From contig DAOUMC010000019.1 in NCBI GenBank assembly GCA_034413595.1, forward strand, positions 581 to 64,580: a stretch of DNA of 64,000 nucleotides, read 5' to 3'. The translations under genes and the position numbers were made by a program. The notes under the pieces are model-generated. The model ran no database searches. It worked only from the letters and a program-made list of their open reading frames with translations, and was not told the DNA's origin. Shown here in pieces: positions 27,900 to 36,900 of this stretch. This DNA comes from Dehalococcoidales bacterium. Lineage in GTDB: Bacteria; Chloroflexota; Dehalococcoidia; Dehalococcoidales; JAUWZL01. Each line of letters starts with the position of its first letter. Within the stretch, counting starts at the first letter, position 1.

Positions 27900-28943
27900 C
27901 TAAGAACGCCGGGCGTAGCCCAGCCCTGCTATGCGCAGGCTATTGCCCTCAAGCTCTGTTCGCGCCCCAAACTTCTCCACCAGCCACAGGTTAGCGTCAA
28001 TATGCTCGGTGAGGCGGGGTATGGTGTACGCTGTGGTTCCACCGGCCAGGGCGGCATAGATAACTAACTGGTCTGCCAGGTGCCGGTCGACAGTGGCACC
28101 GGTGGCCAGGTCGGCCAGCAGGCTCCCGGCCACGTAGCGGCCTATTTCTTCAGAGCTGCGCCCTCTCTTGCCTGCCTGGTCCGCGCCCAGCAAGCAACCG
28201 GAATCGGTCTCAGCCCACAGAGCCAGGCTGGCCCCCGGCTGCGGAGCGGTCTCATCATACAGGGTCTCGAACCGGGCCTGGTAGCCTTTCTGGGCCAGGA
28301 CCTTCCGGCACTCCTGAGCCATCCGGTGGCTGACCCGGCGTTCCTCAAGATGGGAGGAAAGGGCCAGCCCGCTCAACTTCTTGACCTTTCCCTGCTCGGG
28401 CAGGTTGAGGGGCCTTATCTTGCCCGTCACCGGCCTGATGCTGAGCTGGATGATGCCACCTCCTCTGGGGACATAGCCCGGGCGGACTATCTCAAGTTCT
28501 ACCTGGATGCCCATCTTGCTCAGGGTGGGCAGCAGCACGTGCTGCACATGATGGGCCGAGGGAGCAAAGTCCTGGAACAGCCCGCCGGATACTCTGAGCA
28601 CGGTCTCCTCCCCGGCAAAGAGGGCGACCGGGAGCAGGGCCATTACCAGCAGGGTGGTTGAACCAGCGGTGCCGATATCCCACTGGTAATAGCCGCCCCT
28701 TATGTCGCCACCGGGTAAAAAAGTCAGCTCTCTGGAGCTGACAACAGCTCCGTCAACCCGGGCACGGCACATCTGGGCACAGGCATTAACCGAAGCCAGG
28801 TGCTGAGGCCTGAGCCCGGGCTTTTCCCTCCTGGCCCTGATATTTTTGATATCTAACCCCTCACCCAGCAGGCACGATAGGGCCATCGCATACCGCAGGA
28901 GGGTACCGCTGCCCGACTTCGCCGAGCCATCAATATGAATCAT
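27900..28943 (-). CDS. rtcA: RNA 3'-terminal phosphate cyclase
   Basis: MIHIDGSAKSGSGTLLRYAMALS, RREKPGLRPQHL and HLADQLVIYAALA. The start was moved to ATG 28941-28943 because the track extension overlaps feoB. Confidence 0.88.
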   Translation of the reverse strand: MIHIDGSAKSGSGTLLRYAMALSCLLGEGLDIKNIRARREKPGLRPQHLASVNACAQMCRARVDGAVVSSRELTFLPGGDIRGGYYQWDIGTAGSTTLLVMALLPVALFAGEETVLRVSGGLFQDFAPSAHHVQHVLLPTLSKMGIQVELEIVRPGYVPRGGGIIQLSIRPVTGKIRPLNLPEQGKVKKLSGLALSSHLEERRVSHRMAQECRKVLAQKGYQARFETLYDETAPQPGASLALWAETDSGCLLGADQAGKRGRSSEEIGRYVAGSLLADLATGATVDRHLADQLVIYAALAGGTTAYTIPRLTEHIDANLWLVEKFGARTELEGNSLRIAGLGYARRS

Positions 28944-28950
28944 CTCAGCA

Positions 28951-30936
28951 TTAAGATACAAAAAGGCTGCCGATCTGGTATATGAGCACCGCTGCCAGCC
29001 AGCCCAGTGACAGTGTATAACCAACGACAAAAGCAGTCCAGCGCCAGGAGCCAGTCTCCCGCTTGATGACGGCAATGGTGGCGGTGCAGGGTATGTACAG
29101 CAGGCACATGGTCATAAAGGCAAAGGCAACCAGCGGCGTCCAGCCCAGCTGCGAGGCAATGGTCTGCCCCAGGGTCGCCTGGTCAACAACCAGCAGGGCG
29201 CCCAGGGTACCGACCACCGCTTCCTTGGCCAGGACGCCAAGCATCAGGGTTACCACCGCCTGCCACTGGCCGAAACCGGCCGGGCTGAATACCGGGGCAA
29301 CAGCTCTGCCTATCGGCTCCAGTGCCCCGACATAGTCAAGTAGCCAGACAAACACGGCGGCGGAGAAGATGATTGTTCCCGCCCGGACCAGAAAGGCACG
29401 GCCCCGCTCCCACATGTGGGTCAGTACACCAGCGATGGTGGGCAGCCGGTAGGAAGGGAGCTCCATAACAAAATGACCGCTCTCACCCCTGACCAGTCCC
29501 CTGCGGAAAAGCCAGGCCAGCAGGATGGACAGGGTAATGCCGATGGCATAGATAGCGAAGACCACCAGTCCCTGATAGGCCGCGAAGAAGGCGCCGGCAA
29601 AGAGAACGTAGATAGGCAGCCGGCCACCACAGGACATCAAGGGGGTAACCAGAATGGTTACCAGCCTGTCCCTTGGGTTTTCTATAGTCCTGGCGGCCAT
29701 AACCGCCGGCACATTGCAGCCAAAGCCCAGCACCAGGGGGATAAATGACCGGCCGTGAAGCCCTATCCGGTGCATAAGCCGGTCCATAACAAAGGCGGCC
29801 CGGGCCAGATAGCCGCTGTCCTCAAGAATGGACAGGCCCAGATAGAGAAGAAGTATCACCGGGGTAAAAGAAAGAACCAGACCCACTCCACCGATAACAC
29901 CATCAGCCAGCAGGGAGCCCAGCCAGTCCGGGGATATGCCCGAAGCCAGTCCGGCCAGCCAGCCGAAGCCGCTGTTAATCCACTTCATCAAGGGCAGCGA
30001 CAGGGTGAAGACAAACTGGAAAAGCCCGAAGAGAACAGCGGCGAATATGGGAATCCCCAGCCAGCGGTTGAGGACCACCCGGTCAACCCTGTCAGAAAAC
30101 CTGGGGCTCTCAACCACCGGCTTCTCCAGAACGTCCTTCAGCAAACCGCTGATGAAGCCGTACCGGGCATCAGCGATTATCGTCTCGGCCTGGTCGCCAT
30201 AAATGCTCTTTAAGTGGGTCAGGCTCCTCTCTTGAGCCTTAAGAACCTCCCCTTCTTTGTCGCCTTGCTCCCTGAACTTCCTGATTATCTCCCCGTCCTC
30301 CTCCAGGAGCTTCAGCGCCAGCCACCTCGGAGAATACCCTGGGAAACTGGAGTTAGTGGCGATAAGCTTCTCCAGCCTGGTTATCTCTTCCTCCATGTCA
30401 CAGCCATAGTTAAGCCGTAAACCTGTTAGCTGAATCCTGCCCCGGACAACACCGGCCGCAGTGGCCAGAAGCTGCCGCATCCCCTGGCTCTGGGTGGCCA
30501 CCATAGGCACTACCGGGACACCCAGGAGACGAGAAAGCTGGGGAACATCAATTTGGTAGCCCCGGGAGCGGGCCACGTCCATCATGTTAAGGGCGACCAC
30601 TAGCTTGGCCCCCATCTCCAGGAGCTGCACCACAAGGTAAAGGTTCCTCTCTAGGTTGGAGGCGTCAACAATGACCACGACCACATCCGGGTGGTCATCA
30701 ACAACGAAGTTCCGGGCGATAACCTCGTCCAGAGAATAGGCGGTCAGACCATAGACACCGGGCAGGTCAACCACCTTTATATCGTAGCCGGGGACACTGA
30801 CGTCCCCCTCTTTTTTCTCCACTGTTACCCCGGGCCAGTTGCCGACGTGCTGCCTGGCTCCGGTCAGGCTGTTGAACACCGTGGTCTTGCCCGAGTTGGG
30901 ATTGCCGGCCAGGGCGATAGTTATCCTCTCAGTCAT
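28951..30936 (-). CDS. feoB: Ferrous iron transporter FeoB
   Basis: IALAGNPNSGKTT G-domain plus a polytopic C-terminus. An alternative upstream ATG at 30957 would overlap feoA by 29 nt. Confidence 0.93.
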   Translation of the reverse strand: MTERITIALAGNPNSGKTTVFNSLTGARQHVGNWPGVTVEKKEGDVSVPGYDIKVVDLPGVYGLTAYSLDEVIARNFVVDDHPDVVVVIVDASNLERNLYLVVQLLEMGAKLVVALNMMDVARSRGYQIDVPQLSRLLGVPVVPMVATQSQGMRQLLATAAGVVRGRIQLTGLRLNYGCDMEEEITRLEKLIATNSSFPGYSPRWLALKLLEEDGEIIRKFREQGDKEGEVLKAQERSLTHLKSIYGDQAETIIADARYGFISGLLKDVLEKPVVESPRFSDRVDRVVLNRWLGIPIFAAVLFGLFQFVFTLSLPLMKWINSGFGWLAGLASGISPDWLGSLLADGVIGGVGLVLSFTPVILLLYLGLSILEDSGYLARAAFVMDRLMHRIGLHGRSFIPLVLGFGCNVPAVMAARTIENPRDRLVTILVTPLMSCGGRLPIYVLFAGAFFAAYQGLVVFAIYAIGITLSILLAWLFRRGLVRGESGHFVMELPSYRLPTIAGVLTHMWERGRAFLVRAGTIIFSAAVFVWLLDYVGALEPIGRAVAPVFSPAGFGQWQAVVTLMLGVLAKEAVVGTLGALLVVDQATLGQTIASQLGWTPLVAFAFMTMCLLYIPCTATIAVIKRETGSWRWTAFVVGYTLSLGWLAAVLIYQIGSLFVS

Positions 30937-31408
30937 TTTCGACCTTGACTTCGCCAACCATTATGTGGTGAGCCGCGCCCCGCCCCAAAGCCAGCCTTGA
31001 ACCCCTTATTTCAATCACCACCGGGCCCGGTTTCTGGCTGTTTACAACCCTGACCGGAACACCGGGAGTGAGCCCCATATCGGCCAACCTTCTCTGTAGT
31101 CCCCGGCCACCCCTTATGGCGACCACCTGAACCAGCCCCCCGGGCAAAACCATGTTCAGGGGCATCACAGGCTCCTGGACAAGCTCCACCTGAATATTGG
31201 CCGCCTCTGCCCTACGCAGGGTGAGGTGGTACCCCTTCAGCTTGATTTCCATCGGGTCTCCCAGGGGCGCCAAGCGCTCAACCTCAATCACGGTCCCTGA
31301 CACCACCCCCATATCAAGAAGGCGCCGATAGATACCTCCTCTGCCAGCCACTCTAGCTACCCTGCCCTTAGCCCCGGGCTCTAATTCGCTTAGCCGCCTG
31401 GTCACCAT
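30929..31408 (-). CDS. feoA: FeoA protein with two tandem FeoA (SH3-like) domains
   Basis: Two repeats of the L..L..G..G.V..V..........RL.DMG...G motif. Confidence 0.85.
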   Translation of the reverse strand: MVTRRLSELEPGAKGRVARVAGRGGIYRRLLDMGVVSGTVIEVERLAPLGDPMEIKLKGYHLTLRRAEAANIQVELVQEPVMPLNMVLPGGLVQVVAIRGGRGLQRRLADMGLTPGVPVRVVNSQKPGPVVIEIRGSRLALGRGAAHHIMVGEVKVEND

Positions 31409-31425
31409 CTCTGCCTCAAATTATT

Positions 31426-31501
31426 ATAGGCTACCCTTACATTATTATTAGGCTAGCCTTATTTTAAGGACAATTATAGCAACTATCCCGCGTGTTGTCA
31501 A
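31426..31501 (-). promoter_or_regulatory. feoA promoter (TTGACA-17-TATAAT) with two DtxR-type boxes between the -10 and the start codon
   Basis: On the minus strand: TTGACA at 31496-31501 and TATAAT at 31473-31478. The plus-strand boxes are TTAGGCTAGCCTTA (31448-31461, core AGGCTAGCCT is a perfect palindrome) and ATAGGCTACCCTTA (31426-31439). The first box matches about 14/19 positions of the DtxR consensus TTAGGTTAGCCTAACCTAA. Confidence 0.6.
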
Positions 31502-31541
31502 GGATACCTAATAACATTTTTAAAATAACCTAAAAATATTA

Positions 31542-31570
31542 TTGACATTCCCTAAAATATGCTCTAGAAT
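31542..31570 (+). promoter_or_regulatory. Promoter TTGACA-17-TAGAAT of the DtxR-family gene
   Basis: The hexamers are at 31542-31547 and 31565-31570. A GGAG SD precedes ATG 31592. Confidence 0.5.
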
Positions 31571-31591
31571 TAACTAGCTTGGAGTATCAGT

Positions 31592-32263
31592 ATGGGGTCT
31601 AACTTGGGCCAGCGTATTGTTGAGGAATACCTGGAAGCCATATACGACCTGGAAGAGAGAGCGGAAAACCCGGTCAGGACTTCTTCCTTGGCTCACGTTC
31701 TGGAAGTGTCCCCGGCCTCGGTCAGCGAGATGCTGCATCGTCTATCAGAAAAGGGGCTGGTGGAGCATACCCCCTACGGGGGTGTCAGCCTGACCGAAGA
31801 AGGCCGACGAAGGGTGCTGAAGTTAATCCGCCGTCACCGCCTGTGGGAGGTGCTGCTCAACAACCACCTGGGGATTGGCTGGGAGGATGTCTATCCGGAA
31901 GCCTGCAATCTGGAGCATGCCACGTCTGACCTGGTATCCGAAAAGCTAGCCCGGTTTCTGGATAACCCCCGTGTCTGTCCCCACGGCAGCCCCATACCCC
32001 GGAAAGACCTTAAACAGCCCAGAGCCTCGGGTATCCCGCTGTCTGACCTCGGGGTGGGCCAAGAAGCCAGGATGGTGCGCGTTGTCCGTGAGAGCAACAC
32101 CAGACTGCTACACCACCTGACCAGCCTGGGTCTTGTTCCCGGAACCAGGGTAAAAGTTCTGGAAAAGGCACCCTTTGACGGCACCCTGACCATTGAGGTC
32201 GGCGACCAGACCAGGGCCATCGGGCAAGAGGCTTCCTCCTTCATCATGGTAGAGCCGGATTGA
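31592..32263 (+). CDS. DtxR/IdeR/MntR-family metal-dependent repressor with C-terminal FeoA/SH3-like domain
   Basis: EEYLEAIYDLEE..., HTH SVSEMLHRLSEKGLV, and RRHRLWEVLL dimerisation/metal-site region. Confidence 0.88.
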   Translation: MGSNLGQRIVEEYLEAIYDLEERAENPVRTSSLAHVLEVSPASVSEMLHRLSEKGLVEHTPYGGVSLTEEGRRRVLKLIRRHRLWEVLLNNHLGIGWEDVYPEACNLEHATSDLVSEKLARFLDNPRVCPHGSPIPRKDLKQPRASGIPLSDLGVGQEARMVRVVRESNTRLLHHLTSLGLVPGTRVKVLEKAPFDGTLTIEVGDQTRAIGQEASSFIMVEPD

Positions 32264-32314
32264 AGCCATTATCATTTTGGTTAAGATATCTTGGACGAGA
32301 CACTTAATCGCCAT

Positions 32315-32686
32315 ATGGACAGAGCCAGGTTCGAACAGTTAGTGGCCAGCGCGGTTGAGGGTTTACCCGAAGAGTTTCGCATCAAGCTCAGCAATGTCGA
32401 TGTTGTGGTTCAGGCAAATCCGACCCCGGGGCAGCTTGCCAAAACCAGATTGAGGCCGGGTCACATTCTGCTCGGGCTTTACGAAGGCATACCCCGGACC
32501 ATGCGGGGGCAAAACTACGGCCTGGTGCCGCCGGACAAAATAACGATATTTCAGCAGTCTATCGAGGCCAGCTGCCAGCGTGATGCCGAGATTATAGCCA
32601 CCATACAAAGGGTGGTCAGACATGAGATAGCCCACCACTTTGGCCTTGATGATGCCCGGCTTAAACAAATAGAGGGCAGCTCTTAA
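32315..32686 (+). CDS. Zincin-fold metallopeptidase-family protein (DUF1025-like)
   Basis: FEQLVASAVEGLPEEFR...LLGLYEGIP...PDKITIFQ...HEIAHHFG. The start is probably ATG 32315 rather than TTG 32291. Confidence 0.7.
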   Translation: MDRARFEQLVASAVEGLPEEFRIKLSNVDVVVQANPTPGQLAKTRLRPGHILLGLYEGIPRTMRGQNYGLVPPDKITIFQQSIEASCQRDAEIIATIQRVVRHEIAHHFGLDDARLKQIEGSS

Positions 32687-32741
32687 GGCAGACCCGCTGT
32701 TGTATTGACTTCAGCCTGTGACCAAGGTAGAATTTTGCCAA

Positions 32742-35700
32742 ATGGCAAAATTACCATTTGCCATCGGGCTAAGCCTGCTCCTCAGTTTGTTCAACCTTCT
32801 AGCTGATGCTCCGGCTACCGCCCAGGGCGAGCTAAGGTGGCTCCCGAAGAATATCCCGGCCCAGGGTGATGCCGGGGGCTGGACGCTGGCTAAAGGCTCT
32901 GATGTAAACAACCTGGCTGTGGCAATAGATGGCAGCCTTTATGCCGGTGTAGATGGTCTTGACTACACCCTGTTCAAATCCACCGATGGTGGCTCCAGCT
33001 GGCAGCCTGCGGGTGGTGTTACCGATGACATAGTTGATATTGTCACTGACCCGGACGATGCCGGCACCGTCTACTACGCCACCGCCACCAACGTCTACAA
33101 GTCTATCGATTCTGGTAACAGCTTCTTGCCCTTGGGGGTAAACCCGGCCCTGGGCAGTTCGGATAACACAGAAATAATGGCTATCGATGTCGCCCGCTGG
33201 GGCGGCAGAAATTTCGTCGTTGCTGGCATCCGGGACAGGGATGCCGGCGAATACGGCGGCGTCTATATCCTTGACGAAGGGCAGGCTTTTGCCCAGTGGC
33301 TGGACACGGCCGTGGGTAACTATGATGTCTATTGCGTCGCCTTCTCCCCCCGTTTTGGCCATGACCAGCAGATAGTGGCCGTGGTCACTGACGAGACCGA
33401 TACACTTATCACCACCAAAATCGGCGATGCCGACTGGGGCCAGACGATAGGTGATGCCAGGCTGGGGAAAGATAACACAGGGACACCGGTCATAGTGGCC
33501 AACTCGGCTGATATCGTCTTCCCCGACGACTACAGCTCTGATTGGACTACCGGGCAATGCATTCAGTTTGTGGCCATTGATACCGGCAATGATAGCGGGG
33601 ATGTCTACGCCATTTATGGTATGGCGGCCCCGGATAACTCGGAGGCTGTTGACCTTAATATCGGCTCAGGCTACGAGTTGAATAATATGGATGTTACCAG
33701 CCTGGCCATAAGCGGTCAGGCGGCTAATGGCCAACTGCTGGCCGGTGCCGCCAGCAGCAGCCAGATTTATCACAGCCGGGATGGCGGCTCAAGCTGGACG
33801 AGGAGTCTGAAGGAACCAACCGGGCAGTCCGAAACCCGGGTGATTATGTCGGCTGATTTTCCCGACCAGGGCAGGGCCTACGCCGCCACCAGCGGCGCCG
33901 AGAGTGCCGTCTCCACCACCCTGGACGGCGGTGCCAGCTGGAACCAGACCGGCCTGATTGACACCGAGATTAGCACCATTGTCGACCTGGCAGTCTCCCC
34001 GAACTACGAACAGGATAAATCCCTCTTTATGCTCACCTGGGGCGGCAAGTCCAGCCTGTGGCGCAGCCTGGACGATGGTGCTCACTGGCAGAGAGTTTTC
34101 TCCGGCGCACTGGAAGATGTCGATGTCATTGACCTGGTTCGGCTTTCTCCACAGTACGGCAGCGGCAGCCAGGTGGTATTCCTGGCCGGGAGCCGGGCAG
34201 GCAGCCCGGTGATATGGGAAGCGACCGACAACGGACAGAGCTTCATATATCATAATACTCCACTTCCTGTTGACCAGTGGGCTATAGCAGATGACACCAC
34301 CCTATTTCTAGGCGGATTTGATGGCAATAACGGGCTGGTCTATAGGACAACTGATAGTGGTCTGAATTATTCTGCGGCCGTGGTCGGCAGCCAGCCCGTA
34401 AGCTCTATAGCCCTGTCTCCGAGTTATGACCAGGACAGGACTATCCTGGTGGGTAATAGCAACGGCTGGATATACATCTCCAGTGATAATGGCGCTTCGT
34501 TTGCGCCGCTACCGCTAACGGCGACACCTCCCCTGACCGGTGATATAAGCGTTGCTTTTGACCCTCAATTCTCCAGTAACCACACCGTCTACGCCGCAAG
34601 CGATAGCCCCGACGCCGGGATATCCCGCTTTGACGTCGGCACCAGCACCGACTGGGAAAATATAGACACCAGCCTCCCTGATGGCAGTATGATTGGTAAA
34701 CTGGAAATCTCAACCGGGGATACGCTATACGCCGCCAACTTCCAACAGGTGGACTCAGCAAATGATAGAGGTGGCATTGAGCGCTGCCTTAACCCAGAAT
34801 CAGAGTCACACTTTGAAACCATTACCCAGGGGCTTGATAACGGGGTTACCCTGTTTGACTTATGGCTTTGCGGCCACCAGCTCTGGTCAATTGATACCAC
34901 CGATAACCACCTGATGACCTACATTGACAGTTTGGCTGTACCCATCAACCTGACCTGGCCACCCGACCAGGCATCGGGTATAGGCACCGTTACCAATGGT
35001 ACTGTCAGCGGCCTCAGCCTTGACTGGGAGATAGCCAGTGGCGCCACTGGCTACCAGTGGCAGCTGGACGATGATGACGACTTCTCCTCTATCCCAGCCG
35101 GATTTGAGGGTAGCATCGAAGAAAGTTCGACTACACTGCCCGCCCTCAAGCCTGACACCACCTACCGCTGGCGGGTAAGAGCCGTCCAGCCGGTGGCAAG
35201 CCCGTGGTCGGAAAAGTGGTCTTTCACCACCTCATCTGACGTGAATATGGTCGCTCCCGAGCCAGAAAGCCCACCGGATGGTGCCACCGGCCTACCCATA
35301 AGACCGGTGTTCCAGTGGAGTCCGGTGGCCGGGGCCACTGGCTACGAAATTGCGATAGCTGCTAGCCCCGACTTTGCTAATTCAATAACTATAAAAGTTG
35401 GCGGGCAACCGGTGCCCGGCCACAGCTACCAGCTTGAGGTGTCACTTAGCTATGCTACAACATATTACTGGAAGGTCAGGGCGGTCAGCTCCGACCTCCG
35501 TAGTGCCTGGAGTACCGCAGGCATCTTCACCACTGAGCCTGAACCAGAACCAAACCAGTCCTCGGAACCAGCTCCGCAGCCGCCGGTAACCTTGACCACG
35601 GTGACAGTCCTGGCGCCGGAGTCAACCGCCAATACAGAAATCAATCCGGGAGCGAACTCTACAATTGGAACAACAACCCAACCAGCCCAACCCCAACCAC

Positions 35701-35816
35701 CTCCTGCTCAGACAGCCTCAGCTATCCCGGAGTGGGTGTTCTACACCCTGAGCTCTATGGGGGCTATCATCATACTGCTGATAGCCATTCTAGCGCTGGT
35801 CATAAAGAGGCACTAA
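32742..35816 (+). CDS. Large secreted Asp-box (BNR) beta-propeller protein with two FN3-like domains, Pro/Thr-rich stalk and C-terminal TM anchor
   Basis: Signal peptide MAKLPFAIGLSLLL...ATAQG. SxDxGxxW repeats (STDGGSSW, SRDGGSSW, TLDGGASW, SLDDGAHW). Two ATGY..W..Y.WRVRA FN3-like modules. Terminal hydrophobic helix plus KRH. Confidence 0.75.
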   Translation: MAKLPFAIGLSLLLSLFNLLADAPATAQGELRWLPKNIPAQGDAGGWTLAKGSDVNNLAVAIDGSLYAGVDGLDYTLFKSTDGGSSWQPAGGVTDDIVDIVTDPDDAGTVYYATATNVYKSIDSGNSFLPLGVNPALGSSDNTEIMAIDVARWGGRNFVVAGIRDRDAGEYGGVYILDEGQAFAQWLDTAVGNYDVYCVAFSPRFGHDQQIVAVVTDETDTLITTKIGDADWGQTIGDARLGKDNTGTPVIVANSADIVFPDDYSSDWTTGQCIQFVAIDTGNDSGDVYAIYGMAAPDNSEAVDLNIGSGYELNNMDVTSLAISGQAANGQLLAGAASSSQIYHSRDGGSSWTRSLKEPTGQSETRVIMSADFPDQGRAYAATSGAESAVSTTLDGGASWNQTGLIDTEISTIVDLAVSPNYEQDKSLFMLTWGGKSSLWRSLDDGAHWQRVFSGALEDVDVIDLVRLSPQYGSGSQVVFLAGSRAGSPVIWEATDNGQSFIYHNTPLPVDQWAIADDTTLFLGGFDGNNGLVYRTTDSGLNYSAAVVGSQPVSSIALSPSYDQDRTILVGNSNGWIYISSDNGASFAPLPLTATPPLTGDISVAFDPQFSSNHTVYAASDSPDAGISRFDVGTSTDWENIDTSLPDGSMIGKLEISTGDTLYAANFQQVDSANDRGGIERCLNPESESHFETITQGLDNGVTLFDLWLCGHQLWSIDTTDNHLMTYIDSLAVPINLTWPPDQASGIGTVTNGTVSGLSLDWEIASGATGYQWQLDDDDDFSSIPAGFEGSIEESSTTLPALKPDTTYRWRVRAVQPVASPWSEKWSFTTSSDVNMVAPEPESPPDGATGLPIRPVFQWSPVAGATGYEIAIAASPDFANSITIKVGGQPVPGHSYQLEVSLSYATTYYWKVRAVSSDLRSAWSTAGIFTTEPEPEPNQSSEPAPQPPVTLTTVTVLAPESTANTEINPGANSTIGTTTQPAQPQPPPAQTASAIPEWVFYTLSSMGAIIILLIAILALVIKRH

Positions 35817-35994
35817 GCAAAAGAGGAACCGGGAGCCGGCGCCGCCTCTTTATATAACATAAAAGTGTCACAACTTTGTAATTATTTCCCACCCGATTTT
35901 ATAACTATTTTATGTTATTTTCTGTTTAATTTCTTTAGAAGCTAGAATGCTCTGAGTGTTCATCCTTTTAAGTCTGTTCAGAAGGGGGCCAAAG

Positions 35995-36858
35995 ATGGGA
36001 AATAGGCGCTTGCGCTTTTTATCGCTTTATCTGCTCACTCCGGCCTTGTTAATCGCAATTTTCTGCTCTGGCTGCGGCACCACTACGGCCACTGTGACTA
36101 GTACGGTGACCTCTCCGGGAAAGACGCACACGACAACGGTGACCAGCACTCCGCCGCCACTGTCGGTGACACAAACAATAACTCAGACATTAACACCGGT
36201 AGCGATAACCACCACGGTATCCACAAGTGACCCAAGCAGTAACTTTATCGCCGCTTACGGAAAAGTAGCGCCGGCCACCGTTATCATTGAAGTCCAGATT
36301 AGCAGTCAGGCTGGAGGCGGAGGGGAAGCCGGTACCGGCTGGATAATTGATAACAGTGGCATCATTGTCACCAACGCCCATGTCGTGGCCAACGCCACCA
36401 CAATTGACATTACCTTGGCTGACGGGAGGAAGTTCACTGCTACCGCCGTGAAGAGCGATACCCAGAATGACATAGCCGTAATCAGGATTAACGCCCAGAA
36501 CCTACCGGTGGTCGCCTTAGGCGATTCCTCACTCTTAAAACCAGGGCAGCCGGTGGCGGCTATCGGCAATTCACTTGACATGGGCGTCCGCATAACCACC
36601 GGCGTGGTTAGCCGCCTGAGTGTTAGCATAACACTCACTAACAACCTGACGATGGATGGCATGATTGAGACCGATACTGATATCAACCCCGGCAACAGCG
36701 GCGGCACACTGATAAACATCAACGGAGAGGTGGTGGGCATCACCAATGCCGGGTTAACTGCGGCTGGCTCTGTCACAGACGTGGAGGGTTTTGGCTACGC
36801 CATACCCATAAACAAGGCGATGCCGGTGATTAACAGCCTAAGGGCATCATTACCATGA
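35995..36858 (+). CDS. Trypsin-like serine protease (S1C/HtrA-like, no PDZ) with N-terminal anchor and Thr-rich linker
   Basis: TNAHVV (His), NDIAVIRI (Asp) and NPGNSGGTLIN (Ser). ATG 35995 follows a GGGGG SD-like run. Confidence 0.82.
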   Translation: MGNRRLRFLSLYLLTPALLIAIFCSGCGTTTATVTSTVTSPGKTHTTTVTSTPPPLSVTQTITQTLTPVAITTTVSTSDPSSNFIAAYGKVAPATVIIEVQISSQAGGGGEAGTGWIIDNSGIIVTNAHVVANATTIDITLADGRKFTATAVKSDTQNDIAVIRINAQNLPVVALGDSSLLKPGQPVAAIGNSLDMGVRITTGVVSRLSVSITLTNNLTMDGMIETDTDINPGNSGGTLININGEVVGITNAGLTAAGSVTDVEGFGYAIPINKAMPVINSLRASLP

Positions 36859-36900
36859 TTCCGCCAGGAGAAGAGGAGTCAAAGAAACCAAAGTAGCACC

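Noticed and set aside
28944-29075. An N-terminal extension of rtcA.
   Set aside because: It overlaps the 3' end of feoB. The conserved RtcA N-terminus (MIHIDGS...) begins at ATG 28941-28943.
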